Of a stretch of DNA of 64,000 nt, positions 48,738 to 58,997 are shown in pieces. Source of the stretch: an uncultured Nitrospinaceae bacterium (GTDB lineage: Bacteria; UBA8248). The DNA lies in assembly GCA_964005815.1 (NCBI GenBank), contig CAXFSR010000036.1, positions 1-64,000 on the forward strand. The letters are read 5' to 3'. Numbering within the stretch: position 1 is the first letter of the stretch; each line of letters opens with the position of its first letter. Both the position numbers and the translations under genes were made by a program. Under the pieces are notes generated by a model. It worked only from the letters and a program-made list of their open reading frames with translations. It was not told where the DNA came from and did not search any database.

Positions 48738-49559
48738 TTATGATACTTTTGTCCAAAAAAGATCATTATATTTTTCATAAACTAACCTTTCTGCACTTTC
48801 TATATCTTCATCAAGCATACAACACCTATCAAAATCAATTTTAAAAATTTCTTGAAATGCTTTTTTTAATTCTTCTGCAACAGATTCAAATTCAAGCTGA
48901 ACACCTAATATTTCAAAAATACCAAGACTTTTTTCTTCTGGATAAATCGGACTTTGTTTAAATTGAAATAGATTTGACAATTTTTTTTCTGATGACTTAA
49001 AAAGGATATTTCCATGTTGAATTATCACATCTCCTTCTCTGTATTGCGCACTTCCAGAGATTTTATAACCTTGACATAAAATTTCTCTAACCGAATAAGT
49101 GGCAAAACACGATGGATTCGAAGCGTACACTCTCTTTTCGGGCAAAACAAAATCTGACTCAACACCAAGTTTATCTAACGCAATCTTCAAAGCAAAACTT
49201 ATTTTCTCATAAGTATCTGAAATTTTTTTTCCTAAAAGATTAGAAGTACCAATAATCGAATATGTCAATTCACAATCATGAAGAACTGCTCTTCCACCAG
49301 TCATCCTTCTACAAACATCAACTCCTTCAGACAATGATTTTTCTAAATCAAAATCTGTTCTAACATTTTGAAATCTACCAACTGAAATAGTTGGTTTACT
49401 CCATCCATATACTCTTAAAAAAATAGGTACAGGAGTGTGTTTTTCTTTTCTGAGTAAAAAACGCTCTTTGCACTTCTGAAACAATGCTTCATCTATAGCC
49501 ATATTCCAAGCACCAATTTGGAATCCAGTATTTAAAAAATGAGCTGACAAACAAACCAA
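48738..49559 (-). CDS. Lipoate-protein ligase/octanoyltransferase (LplA/LipM-like)
   Basis: NMAIDEAL, LRVYGW, RRMTGGRAVLH, ELTYS, CF, KISGSAQ, QHG; directly downstream of gcvP. Confidence 0.88.
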   Translation of the reverse strand: MVCLSAHFLNTGFQIGAWNMAIDEALFQKCKERFLLRKEKHTPVPIFLRVYGWSKPTISVGRFQNVRTDFDLEKSLSEGVDVCRRMTGGRAVLHDCELTYSIIGTSNLLGKKISDTYEKISFALKIALDKLGVESDFVLPEKRVYASNPSCFATYSVREILCQGYKISGSAQYREGDVIIQHGNILFKSSEKKLSNLFQFKQSPIYPEEKSLGIFEILGVQLEFESVAEELKKAFQEIFKIDFDRCCMLDEDIESAERLVYEKYNDLFWTKVS

Positions 49560-49569
49560 TTACCTATCC

Positions 49570-52467
49570 TCAACTTTCATCAAAGTTCTCAATTGGCAAA
49601 CATGAGCAAATGAGATTTCTATCTCCATATGGATTATTAACTCGTTTAACCGGAGGCCAATATTTATTCTCTTTCACCCACGGCAAGGGAAAAACTGCCT
49701 TCTCTCTTGTGTAAGGATAAATCCAATTTTCCGTAGAAATATCTCTGGAAGTATGAGGAGCATTTTTTAGTATATTCTCGAGTTTGTCGACTAAACCATT
49801 TTCAACTTCAGAAATTTCTTTTCGAATCTCTATCATCGCTTCACAAAATCTATCTAGTTCTTCTTTTGATTCACTCTCGGTAGGTTCTATCATTAAAGTA
49901 CCCGGAACAGGAAAAGACATTGTAGGAGCATGAAATCCAAAATCGATTAAACGTTTAGCAACATCCTCAACAGTCACTCCTGTATTTGTTTCAATTTCTC
50001 TTAAATCTATAATACATTCGTGAGCAACCATGCCTTTTAATCCCTTATAAAGGACGTCATAGTGACCTTCAAGTTTTTTCGAAATATAGTTAGCATTTAG
50101 AATGGCTATTTCAGAAGCTTTTTTAAGACCTAGACCACCCATCATTTGGATATAGGCCCAAGAAATCGGCAAAATCCCTGCACTACCCCAAGGAGCAGAA
50201 GACACGGTATATCCTCTATCTTTTAAAGAATGTCCATCTTGAGCAAAATGGCTTGGCAAAAAAGATGCAAGGTGTTCTGCAACTCCAATTGGACCCATTC
50301 CTGGACCCCCTCCACCATGAGGTATGCAGAAAGTTTTATGCAAATTCATATGCGAAACATCTGGTCCAAAATCACCAGGACGACATAAACCGACAAGTGC
50401 ATTGAGATTTGCACCATCCATATATACCTGTCCACCATTTGAATGAACAACATCACATATATCTGAAATTTTTTCTTCGAAAACTCCATGAGTTGAAGGG
50501 TACGTAACCATCAAAGCCGCTAAATTAGACGAATGTAACTGCGCTTTTGTTTTCAGATCGTTAAAATCTACATTACCATCATCATCACATTTCACTACTA
50601 CAACTTCAAAACCCGCCATAACGGCACTTGCTGGATTTGTTCCGTGAGCAGAACTAGGTATTAGACATATGTTTCTATTAATTTCTCCACGTTGTTCATG
50701 ATATTTTCTAATAACAAGTAAACCAGCATACTCTCCCTGAGCACCAGAGTTCGGCTGAAAAGAAATCTTTGAAAATCCAGTTATTTCACATAATTTTCTT
50801 TCAAAATCTTTCAGAAAAATGGCATATCCCTCACACTGATCTGGTGGCACAAAAGGATGTATTCTGTTAAATCCCTCCCAAGTTATAGGAATCATTTCTG
50901 AAGTAGCATTTAATTTCATTGTACATGAACCAAGAGGAATCATGGATTTTGTAAGTGAAATATCTTTTTCCTGAAGCCGGAAAATATAACGAAGCATCTC
51001 AGTTTCTGAGTGATAGGAATTAAAAACCGGGTGAGTTAAATAAGGAGAATCTCTTAATAGTTCTTTTGGGATAAAATCATCCTCTATGTTATCGCATTCA
51101 AGTATTTCAAAATCAATCTTTCCTTTTTCACAGAAAACCCCTAATAGATCTTCCAACTCCTTGAGCTTCGTAGTTTCATCTAATGATATTCCTATCCTAT
51201 CATCTGCAATAAAACGCAAGTTGAATCCTTGCTTTTCTGCTAGCTCGATGAGTAAGTTTGCTTTTTTTTCTCCAGTATTTATCTCGAGCGTATCAAAAAA
51301 ACTATTATTTACTACCTGAAAATCCAACTTTTTAAGGCTATTGGAGAGGATAGCAGTAAATCGATGGATTCTTTCGGCAATTCTTCGGAGTCCTACAGGG
51401 CCATGATAAACAGCATACATACTTGCCACAACAGCCAGAAGAACTTGAGCAGTACAAATATTACTTGTAGCCTTTTCTCTTCTAATATGTTGCTCTCTAG
51501 TTTGCAGAGAAAGTCTCAGTGCACTATCTTCATTCGCGTCAATTGAAACTCCAACAATTCGCCCTGGAACAGATCTCTTATAGTGTTCACGAGTTGCAAA
51601 AAAAGCCGCATGAGGACCACCAAAACCCATTGGAACTCCAAATCGTTGAGAATTTCCAACTACAACATCAGCTCCAAACTCTCCAGGTGGTTTCAATAAA
51701 ACCAAACTCATTAGATCAGAAGCGACTGCAACTAGACAATCCTTATCATGTGCTTCTTTTACAAGTTCGGAAAAATCGAAAATACTACCAGTGGTATTAG
51801 GATATTGAATAAAAATACCGAAAGAATTGAATTGACTGAAAGAATCAATACTTCCAACTTTAATTTCTATTCCTTGTGGCTCTGCTCTCGTTCTCAAAAT
51901 ATCAATTGTCTGAGGATGACATCCATCAGAAACAAAAAATATTGGGCTTTCATTTTTAGATAAATTTCTAATCATGGTCATAGCCTCTGCTGCAGCGGTG
52001 CCTTCATCTAACAATGATGAATTTGCAATATCCATTCCTGTCAAATCAGAAATCAGAGTTTGGAAATTTAAAAGCGCTTCCAACCGACCCTGAGATATTT
52101 CAGGTTGATATGGCGTGTAAGCAGTATACCAGGCAGGATTTTCTAAAATATTTCTTAAAATTACAGATGGTGTGACACAGTCATGATAACCCATACCAAT
52201 CATCGAACGATTGACTATATTTTTTTTTGCAAACAAGCTTAAGTCACTAAGTACCTCTCCTTCAGGGCAACTTTCACCTATTTCAATAGGCATTTTAACA
52301 GATATATTATTGGGAACAGTATTTTCTATTAACTCTTCAAGATCAGAGTAACCAAGGAATTCGAGCATATTCAGAATATCATTGCTGCTAGGACCTATAT
52401 GCCTTCTTATAAACTCATCTCTTTGTTCTAGAAATTTTAAATCTTTAAATGAATTAGATAAATCCAA
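49570..52467 (-). CDS. gcvP: Glycine dehydrogenase (decarboxylating), single-chain P protein
   Basis: [67 protein letters not shown]. Confidence 0.98.
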   Translation of the reverse strand: MDLSNSFKDLKFLEQRDEFIRRHIGPSSNDILNMLEFLGYSDLEELIENTVPNNISVKMPIEIGESCPEGEVLSDLSLFAKKNIVNRSMIGMGYHDCVTPSVILRNILENPAWYTAYTPYQPEISQGRLEALLNFQTLISDLTGMDIANSSLLDEGTAAAEAMTMIRNLSKNESPIFFVSDGCHPQTIDILRTRAEPQGIEIKVGSIDSFSQFNSFGIFIQYPNTTGSIFDFSELVKEAHDKDCLVAVASDLMSLVLLKPPGEFGADVVVGNSQRFGVPMGFGGPHAAFFATREHYKRSVPGRIVGVSIDANEDSALRLSLQTREQHIRREKATSNICTAQVLLAVVASMYAVYHGPVGLRRIAERIHRFTAILSNSLKKLDFQVVNNSFFDTLEINTGEKKANLLIELAEKQGFNLRFIADDRIGISLDETTKLKELEDLLGVFCEKGKIDFEILECDNIEDDFIPKELLRDSPYLTHPVFNSYHSETEMLRYIFRLQEKDISLTKSMIPLGSCTMKLNATSEMIPITWEGFNRIHPFVPPDQCEGYAIFLKDFERKLCEITGFSKISFQPNSGAQGEYAGLLVIRKYHEQRGEINRNICLIPSSAHGTNPASAVMAGFEVVVVKCDDDGNVDFNDLKTKAQLHSSNLAALMVTYPSTHGVFEEKISDICDVVHSNGGQVYMDGANLNALVGLCRPGDFGPDVSHMNLHKTFCIPHGGGGPGMGPIGVAEHLASFLPSHFAQDGHSLKDRGYTVSSAPWGSAGILPISWAYIQMMGGLGLKKASEIAILNANYISKKLEGHYDVLYKGLKGMVAHECIIDLREIETNTGVTVEDVAKRLIDFGFHAPTMSFPVPGTLMIEPTESESKEELDRFCEAMIEIRKEISEVENGLVDKLENILKNAPHTSRDISTENWIYPYTREKAVFPLPWVKENKYWPPVKRVNNPYGDRNLICSCLPIENFDES

Positions 52468-52499
52468 ATGTTTTACCTCTTTTAAAGCTACACCAAATT

Positions 52500-52889
52500 C
52501 TATTTTCCCTCTGCACCAACATAAGAAGCATATTCCTCTCCAGTTAGCAAAGCATCTAATTCAGTAGAATCTGACATCTCTACCTTGATTATCCAAGCTT
52601 CGTTATAGGGATCAGAATTAATCAATTCTGGTTCTTCTTCCAATCTTGAATTAACTTCAATAACTTTACCGGAAACTGGAGCATAGAGATCTGAAACTGC
52701 TTTTACTGATTCAACAACACCAAACGTACCACTCGCATCTACGGAAGATCCAATTTCTGGAGCTTCCACGTAAACTACATCGCCAAGTTCATCTTGCGCA
52801 TGAGCTGTTATGCCTATAATTGCAATATCTCCATCCACTTTCACCCATTCATGCTCTTTCGAATACTTTAAATCTTCAGGAAATTCCAT
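52500..52889 (-). CDS. gcvH: Glycine cleavage system H protein
   Basis: [27 protein letters not shown] (lipoyl lysine), INSDPY. Confidence 0.98.
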   Translation of the reverse strand: MEFPEDLKYSKEHEWVKVDGDIAIIGITAHAQDELGDVVYVEAPEIGSSVDASGTFGVVESVKAVSDLYAPVSGKVIEVNSRLEEEPELINSDPYNEAWIIKVEMSDSTELDALLTGEEYASYVGAEGK

Positions 52890-52916
52890 AAAGTTTTGCT
52901 CCTTACAAAAAAAAAA

Positions 52917-54026
52917 TTAACCTTTATTATAGAAGGGAGTTCTTACTACATTTCCTCTCCTATAACTTCCACGTATATCAATTTCTAATTCATCACCTAC
53001 CAAAGAATTGCCTTTTAAAACATACCCTATTCCTATAGCTTTATTCAATGAAGGACTCATAGTTCCACTCGTTACAAATCCAATTTCTTCTCCATTATGA
53101 AAAATTTTATTTCCTTTCCTCGGAATCCCTCTATCAATCATCTCAAAACCTACCAATTTTCTGCAAACTCCTTCAGAATGAATTTTTAATAACTTTTCAT
53201 ACCCAACAAAATCAGGATTGTTTAATTTCACAACCCAGCCCAAACCTGCTTCGTAAGGATTTGTAGATTCATCAATTTCGTTCCCATATAACGAATACTT
53301 CATCTCTGTTCGCAAAGTATCTCTCGCCCCTAATCCGCACGGAGCAATTCCAAATTGCTTGCCATTTTCCAAGAGAAGATCCCAAACTAGATGTACTGCA
53401 TTTTCCCCACAATATATTTCGTAACCATCTTCTCCAGTATATCCTGTCCTAGAAATCAAAACAGATTTTTTATCTATTTCACATTCCATCAATTCGAAAG
53501 ATTTTAAATTCTGAAGGCTCACATTATTGGGAAAAAGTTTTTCTAAAACATTTTTTGATCTTGGCCCTTGTAAAGCAATTAAGCACGTTTCTCCGCTAAA
53601 ATTTCTAATTTCACAATCAAATTGATTTTTTGATGTGACCCATTCAAAATCCTTCTCAATATTAGAAGCATTCACAACAAGCATATATTTGGAATCAGAA
53701 ATTTTATATGCCAAAGCATCATCTAAAATTCCACCATCATCTTTACAGATGAGTGTATACAAAACTCTCCCTGTGGGCAGTTGTTCTATGTCATTTGTTA
53801 CTAAAAAGTCTAACATCTTAGTGGCTTCGGGACCTTCAAAAAAAAATTCCCCCATATGACTAACATCAAAAATCCCAACATTTTTCCTAACCGAGAGATG
53901 TTCAGAATTGATCCCTTGATATTGAACTGGCATTTTAAAACCCGAAAAGGGAACGAGTCTCGCACCAAGTTCAACATGTTTATCATATAAATGTGTTTTT
54001 TTTGGAGAAATTCGTTTTTCAGTCAA
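52917..54026 (-). CDS. gcvT: Glycine cleavage system aminomethyltransferase T
   Basis: MPVQY, FDVSHMG, VVNASN, ALQGP, RTGYTGEDGYE, GLGARDTLR. Confidence 0.97.
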   Translation of the reverse strand: MTEKRISPKKTHLYDKHVELGARLVPFSGFKMPVQYQGINSEHLSVRKNVGIFDVSHMGEFFFEGPEATKMLDFLVTNDIEQLPTGRVLYTLICKDDGGILDDALAYKISDSKYMLVVNASNIEKDFEWVTSKNQFDCEIRNFSGETCLIALQGPRSKNVLEKLFPNNVSLQNLKSFELMECEIDKKSVLISRTGYTGEDGYEIYCGENAVHLVWDLLLENGKQFGIAPCGLGARDTLRTEMKYSLYGNEIDESTNPYEAGLGWVVKLNNPDFVGYEKLLKIHSEGVCRKLVGFEMIDRGIPRKGNKIFHNGEEIGFVTSGTMSPSLNKAIGIGYVLKGNSLVGDELEIDIRGSYRRGNVVRTPFYNKG

Positions 54027-54082
54027 GGAAATAACTCTTAAGAGTAATTATATAAAAAAGCACAATATCTTATAGACACAAT

Positions 54083-55237
54083 TCAACTAATCGAACGTAT
54101 TCCTGTTTCAAATCCAGCAATAATAAGTTTTTGAATCTGACTGGTTCCTTCGTATATAGTCGCAATTCTAGCATCTCGCATATACCTTTCAACAGGATAT
54201 TCATTACTGTATCCCATTCCACCATGAATTTGAATTGCATTATTGGCTGCTTTTAACGCCGATTCCGAACAATAAAATTTAGCTATTGAAGTTTCGCGTG
54301 TATTTTTTTTTCCTGCATTTTTTATTTCACCGGCTTTATAGAGAAGTAGACGACTAGCTTCCACATCAACAACCATTTGTGCAATTAAATCTTGCACCAA
54401 CTGACGCGCTGCTATTGGTTTTCCAAAAGTATGTCGTTCTTTTGAAAATAACACTGAAGACTCAAGAGATGCCTGTGCAATACCTAAACAACCGGCAGCA
54501 ACTGAGTATCTCCCATTATCTAGAGCGCTCATAGCAACTTTAAATCCATCACCGACTTCACCTAAAATTGCATCCTCTGGAATTTCAACATTTTCCATAA
54601 AAATTTCTGCTGTATTAGAACTTCTTAGGCCTAATTTTCCATGAATATCCTTCGTTGAGAAACCATCAGTTTGTGTTTCAACTAGAAAAGCAGTCATTCT
54701 TCGAGGATTATCTTTTTCTGTTTGTGCTATAACTAAAGCAATATCTGCAACACCACCGTTACTAATCCAAATTTTATTCCCATTCAAAATCCACCCATTC
54801 TGTGTTTTTCTTGCAAAAGTCTTAATTTGTTGCGCATCAGAACCTGCGTCTGGTTCGGTCAAAGCAAAACAACCAAAATTTTCAACAGAACATAATTTAG
54901 GCAAATAAAGACTTTTCTGTTTTTCAGAACCCCATTTAAGAATCGTCGATGCTACTAAAGAAATCTGAACAGAAAGAACTGTTCTTACCGAACTACAAGC
55001 TTTACTAATTTCTTCATTAATAATTGCATAGGATATATAATCTAGATCTGCTCCCCCATACTTTGAAGGTATTGGTCCTCCGAACAATCCTAATTGACCC
55101 ATCTCTTTAACGATTTCCAGTGGGAAACGCTCGTGAATATCATTCTCTCTAGCTACATGGTTAGGTATTTTTTCAGATGCAAATTGAGAAGCGGTCTCTT
55201 TCAGTAATCTTTGCGTCTCGTTAAAACGAAAATCCAT
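54083..55237 (-). CDS. Acyl-CoA dehydrogenase (short/branched-chain type)
   Basis: FALTEPDAGSD, LNGNKIWISNG, KLGLRSS, LDNGR, AIQIHGGMG, IYEGTSQIQ. Confidence 0.93.
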   Translation of the reverse strand: MDFRFNETQRLLKETASQFASEKIPNHVARENDIHERFPLEIVKEMGQLGLFGGPIPSKYGGADLDYISYAIINEEISKACSSVRTVLSVQISLVASTILKWGSEKQKSLYLPKLCSVENFGCFALTEPDAGSDAQQIKTFARKTQNGWILNGNKIWISNGGVADIALVIAQTEKDNPRRMTAFLVETQTDGFSTKDIHGKLGLRSSNTAEIFMENVEIPEDAILGEVGDGFKVAMSALDNGRYSVAAGCLGIAQASLESSVLFSKERHTFGKPIAARQLVQDLIAQMVVDVEASRLLLYKAGEIKNAGKKNTRETSIAKFYCSESALKAANNAIQIHGGMGYSNEYPVERYMRDARIATIYEGTSQIQKLIIAGFETGIRSIS

Positions 55238-55260
55238 TTACTCCTCTCTAATTCTTTAAA

Positions 55261-56121
55261 TCAACTTGAATTATAATTGAAAAATCCCTTGCCGGTCTTA
55301 CGACCCAAATGACCTGCACGAACCATTTTTTTCAATAAAAAATTTGGCCTATATCTCGTTTCTCCTAATTCACGATACAAAGTTTCAGTTTTAGCAAGAT
55401 GTATGTCTACCCCTATTAAATCAATAAGTTCAAGAGGTCCCATTGGAAGACCTGCTCCCATTTTCATAGCAATATCAATATCCTCTGCCGAAGCAAGGCC
55501 CTGTGAAAAAACTTCAACTGCCTCATTCAAAAGTCCTGCAAGAACTCTACTTCCTATCCCAGCAGGACTATCAAAATTCGCTACAATAGGTACTTTCTTT
55601 AATTCCTTAGCCAATTCTATAGTATCTTCTATAGTCTTTTTTGATGTTTGCAAACCGGGCATAATTTCAACTAATTTCATAACAATAGGGGGATTAAAGA
55701 AATGAACACCTATTACCTTATCCGCTCTTCTAGTTGAAGAAGCAATTTCAGTTATAGACAGTGACGTGGTGTTACTAGCTAGAATTGCTGAAGGGGACGC
55801 TAAACTATCAATTTCACTGAAGATCTCCTTTTTTATTTTCATATCTTCAAAAATCGCTTCAATTATAAAGTCTGAATCCTTAACATCTGCTAAACTGACT
55901 GAAATTTGAATTTTTTCAAAGATCTTTTCAACTTCAACTGCAGAAATCTTTCCTGCTTCAATTCGAGGCTCTAATCTTTTTCTTAGTCCTGTCAAAGCAG
56001 AAGCAAGAATTTTTTCTTCCGTATCGAACAGAGTGACAAAGATTGAGTTCTGAGCAAAAACTTGTGCGATACCAGCACCCATTGTCCCTGCTCCTATAAC
56101 GGAAACTTTCTTAGGAGTCAT
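55261..56121 (-). CDS. hbd: 3-hydroxyacyl-CoA (3-hydroxybutyryl-CoA) dehydrogenase
   Basis: VIGAGTMGAGIA, IEAIFE, ASNTTS, HFFNP, PMGPLEL, LGRKTGKGF. Confidence 0.9.
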   Translation of the reverse strand: MTPKKVSVIGAGTMGAGIAQVFAQNSIFVTLFDTEEKILASALTGLRKRLEPRIEAGKISAVEVEKIFEKIQISVSLADVKDSDFIIEAIFEDMKIKKEIFSEIDSLASPSAILASNTTSLSITEIASSTRRADKVIGVHFFNPPIVMKLVEIMPGLQTSKKTIEDTIELAKELKKVPIVANFDSPAGIGSRVLAGLLNEAVEVFSQGLASAEDIDIAMKMGAGLPMGPLELIDLIGVDIHLAKTETLYRELGETRYRPNFLLKKMVRAGHLGRKTGKGFFNYNSS

Positions 56122-56147
56122 ATGAATACCTCTTATATTCTTTATAA

Positions 56148-57338
56148 TTATCCAATACGTTTAATAACCAAAGCTATACCTTGACCACCACCAATACAAG
56201 CACTTACTACCGCATGCTCTTTACCTATATTCTCCAATGCGTTCATACAGGTTGACAAAATCTTTCCGCCCGTCGCACCAACAGGATGTCCTAAAGCAAT
56301 TGCACCACCACGAACATTTAATTTTGAACGATCCCATTTTAATTCTCTTTCACATGCTATCACCTGTGCAGCAAAAGCTTCATTTACTTCTATCAAATCC
56401 ATATCATCTAACTTAAGATTCGCTTTCTTTAGTGCCATTGGGATCGCTTTTACAGGACCCAGACCCATCAGTTTAGGATCTACTCCCGCAGATGCATACC
56501 CTAAAATTGAAGCCAAAGGCTTAAGTCCTAATTCTTTTGCTCTTTCTCTAGATGAGACGGCTGTAGCTGAACCAGCATCTCCCTGACAACAAGAATTTCC
56601 TGCAGTCACTGAACCTTCTTTTTCAAAAACAGGACGAAGTCTACCTAGCTTTTCTAAAGAAATATCATAGCGAGGAGTTTCATCTTTACAAAAACTTTTC
56701 ACTTCTCCTTTTCTATTTTTTAACTCAACAGGAATAATCTCATCCTCAAAAAGCCCTGATTCAATTGCATTTGTTGCTTTTTTTTGACTTTCTAGAGCAA
56801 ATTCATCTTGTTCTTCTCGAGAAATATTATACTTCTCTACTAAATTTTCAGCAGTACAACCCATCAACTGACCGGACAAAGGATCCATATAACCATCCTG
56901 ATAAATAAGATCTATAAATTTCGCATGACCAATTTTTGCCCCCCATCTTGTATCTTTCTGGACATAAGGGACATTACTTGTACTTTCTACCCCTCCAGCT
57001 AAAACAATATTAGAATCTCCGGCGCGAATCGATTGAGCTGCAAGAGCAATAGTTTTAAGGCTCGAACCACAACGCTTATTTACAGTAAACGCTGGAACAT
57101 TCTCAGATATGCCACTCTGCACAGAAATCAAACGTGCAGAATTAGGACCTACACCTGCCTGCCAACCATGACCAAAAATTACTTCATCAAAATTCTCTGG
57201 TTGAACATTCGATCTTTTTATTGCTTCTTGGGCAACTAAAATACCTAACTCTGGAGCAGTTTTGTCTTTCAAAGAACCACCAAAAGAACCAACTGCAGTT
57301 CTTACACTACTCAAAATAACTATTTCTTCCGTCGACAT
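56148..57338 (-). CDS. Acetyl-CoA C-acetyltransferase (thiolase)
   Basis: RTAVGSFGG, NKRCGSS (catalytic Cys), EVNEAFAAQ, GGAIALGHP, ACIGGGQG. Confidence 0.94.
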   Translation of the reverse strand: MSTEEIVILSSVRTAVGSFGGSLKDKTAPELGILVAQEAIKRSNVQPENFDEVIFGHGWQAGVGPNSARLISVQSGISENVPAFTVNKRCGSSLKTIALAAQSIRAGDSNIVLAGGVESTSNVPYVQKDTRWGAKIGHAKFIDLIYQDGYMDPLSGQLMGCTAENLVEKYNISREEQDEFALESQKKATNAIESGLFEDEIIPVELKNRKGEVKSFCKDETPRYDISLEKLGRLRPVFEKEGSVTAGNSCCQGDAGSATAVSSRERAKELGLKPLASILGYASAGVDPKLMGLGPVKAIPMALKKANLKLDDMDLIEVNEAFAAQVIACERELKWDRSKLNVRGGAIALGHPVGATGGKILSTCMNALENIGKEHAVVSACIGGGQGIALVIKRIG

Positions 57339-57476
57339 TAAGTGACCTCCCTAGCGAACAAATTACTTGTAAATTATTTTGTACCTGCAAGTCACTTGGA
57401 CTTTATAACGAGAACAACTATGAGGTAAATACGGACTGGAAAAGTATTTCAACAAAAAGATTTATAGTAATTTAAT

Positions 57477-58478
57477 CTATTGAAAAGAAATTCCAAGAAA
57501 TTCTAAGGTATTTTTAAAATCAATCGGCAATTCAGAAACAACATCAATTTCTTCAGATGTAATTGGATGTCTAAATTTCAAACTTCTAGCGTGCAAAGCC
57601 TGTCTTGAGAGATTTTTTTCAAGGTATTTATTAATATCCTTATTGGAAAATCTCGAATTATCACGGTTAACATAAACTGCGTCACAAACTATAGAATGCT
57701 TAATATGATGCAAATGAACTCGTATTTGATGTGTCCGACCCGTCATAATATTAACGCTTAAAAGTGAAAAATTATTTGCATTTGCTAAAACTTGGAAGGA
57801 TGTAAAAGCATTTTTGCCTCCATTTACAACTGCCATTTTAGTTCTATGTCTTGGATGCCTTCCTATAGGAAGACTTATTTTATTGGATAATTTTTTTGGA
57901 ACCCCGTGTACAAGCGCTAAATATTTTTTCTCAATCTTTCGATTCTTAAGAGCTGAACTAAGTTTTGTATGTGCCAAATCGGATTTGGCTACTATAACTA
58001 GTCCTGAAGTATCTTTGTCTAAGCGATGAACGATACCGGGTCGCTCCACTCCCCCAATACCTGACAATTCTCCCCTACAATAATATAAAAGAGCAGAGAC
58101 TAAAGTTCCCTTGGTATTCCCTGCGCCAGGATGGATGACCATTCCTGGCGGTTTATCAACTACCAACAAATGTTCATCTTCAAAAATAACTTTTAATTTA
58201 ATTTTTTCAGGCAAAATAAATGATTTTTCTGGTGGAGGAATAACCACCTGTATTTGATCACCCGCGCAAACCTTAGTAGAAGGCTTAATACTTTTTTTAT
58301 CATTTATAGATACACAATTATCTCTTATAAGTTGGTTTAAACGAGAACGAGACAATTCAGCAATATTCTTCTTTAAAAAAACGTCTACTCTGTCAATCTC
58401 ATCGGTACTTAATAATTTAATAATTTTCGAATTTTTTGACATTTGGACACTAAATTTTAAAGATATATAAAAAAACAA
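57477..58478 (-). CDS. rluD: RluA-family pseudouridine synthase with S4 domain
   Basis: S4-like N-terminus, DKPPGMVIHP, RPGIVHRLDKDTSG, TGRTHQIRVH, RQALHA; follows lspA. The start may be the internal ATG (MSKNSK). Confidence 0.9.
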   Translation of the reverse strand: MFFYISLKFSVQMSKNSKIIKLLSTDEIDRVDVFLKKNIAELSRSRLNQLIRDNCVSINDKKSIKPSTKVCAGDQIQVVIPPPEKSFILPEKIKLKVIFEDEHLLVVDKPPGMVIHPGAGNTKGTLVSALLYYCRGELSGIGGVERPGIVHRLDKDTSGLVIVAKSDLAHTKLSSALKNRKIEKKYLALVHGVPKKLSNKISLPIGRHPRHRTKMAVVNGGKNAFTSFQVLANANNFSLLSVNIMTGRTHQIRVHLHHIKHSIVCDAVYVNRDNSRFSNKDINKYLEKNLSRQALHARSLKFRHPITSEEIDVVSELPIDFKNTLEFLGISFQ

Positions 58479-58496
58479 ACCTTTTAGTCTTAGTTT

Positions 58497-58997
58497 TTAA
58501 TTAATAGTTTTTTTTGAAAACGAAGTCTTCAAAATAATAAATAAAAGTATACCCACTCCAATACTTATTCCAGAATCTGCAATATTAAAAGCGGGCCAAT
58601 AAAATGAACCATAGTAAATTAAAATGAAATCAATTACTTCCCCATAGAGAAAACGATCTACTAAATTACCGATACCACCACCAAAAATAAAAATGAGTGC
58701 AAAACGTGCAAACGAACTATTCGAAAACTCATAGAGATATAAATAAACAACAAAGAATAAAGCAAAAATAGTGACTGAAATAAACAACCATTTTGAAATA
58801 GCAGGAGGAAGATCTGCTAAAAAGCTAAAAGCACCACCTGGATTTCGAACATAAATAAAATCAAAAAACCCGGGAAAAATATTTACCCTAGATCCTAAAC
58901 TTAAATTTGATAGAACAATAACTTTAGAAAGTTGATCTAAAAATGCAAAAAGAATTCCAAACAGAAATAAATCGCGTGAATTTAAAAAAATTTTCAT
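58497..58997 (-). CDS. lspA: Signal peptidase II
   Basis: [31 protein letters not shown]. Confidence 0.97.
   Translation of the reverse strand: MKIFLNSRDLFLFGILFAFLDQLSKVIVLSNLSLGSRVNIFPGFFDFIYVRNPGGAFSFLADLPPAISKWLFISVTIFALFFVVYLYLYEFSNSSFARFALIFIFGGGIGNLVDRFLYGEVIDFILIYYGSFYWPAFNIADSGISIGVGILLFIILKTSFSKKTIN

Noticed and set aside
54027..54082. Glycine riboswitch upstream of gcvT
   Set aside because: The spacer is 56 nt and AT-rich with no aptamer motifs.
44785..57411. Identical 11-mer CTTTATAACGA at 44785-44795 and 57401-57411, upstream of rpmE and the thiolase gene
   Set aside because: On the minus strand it contains TATAAA, so it is most simply two similar -10 elements in AT-rich DNA. 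Two copies do not support a regulon.
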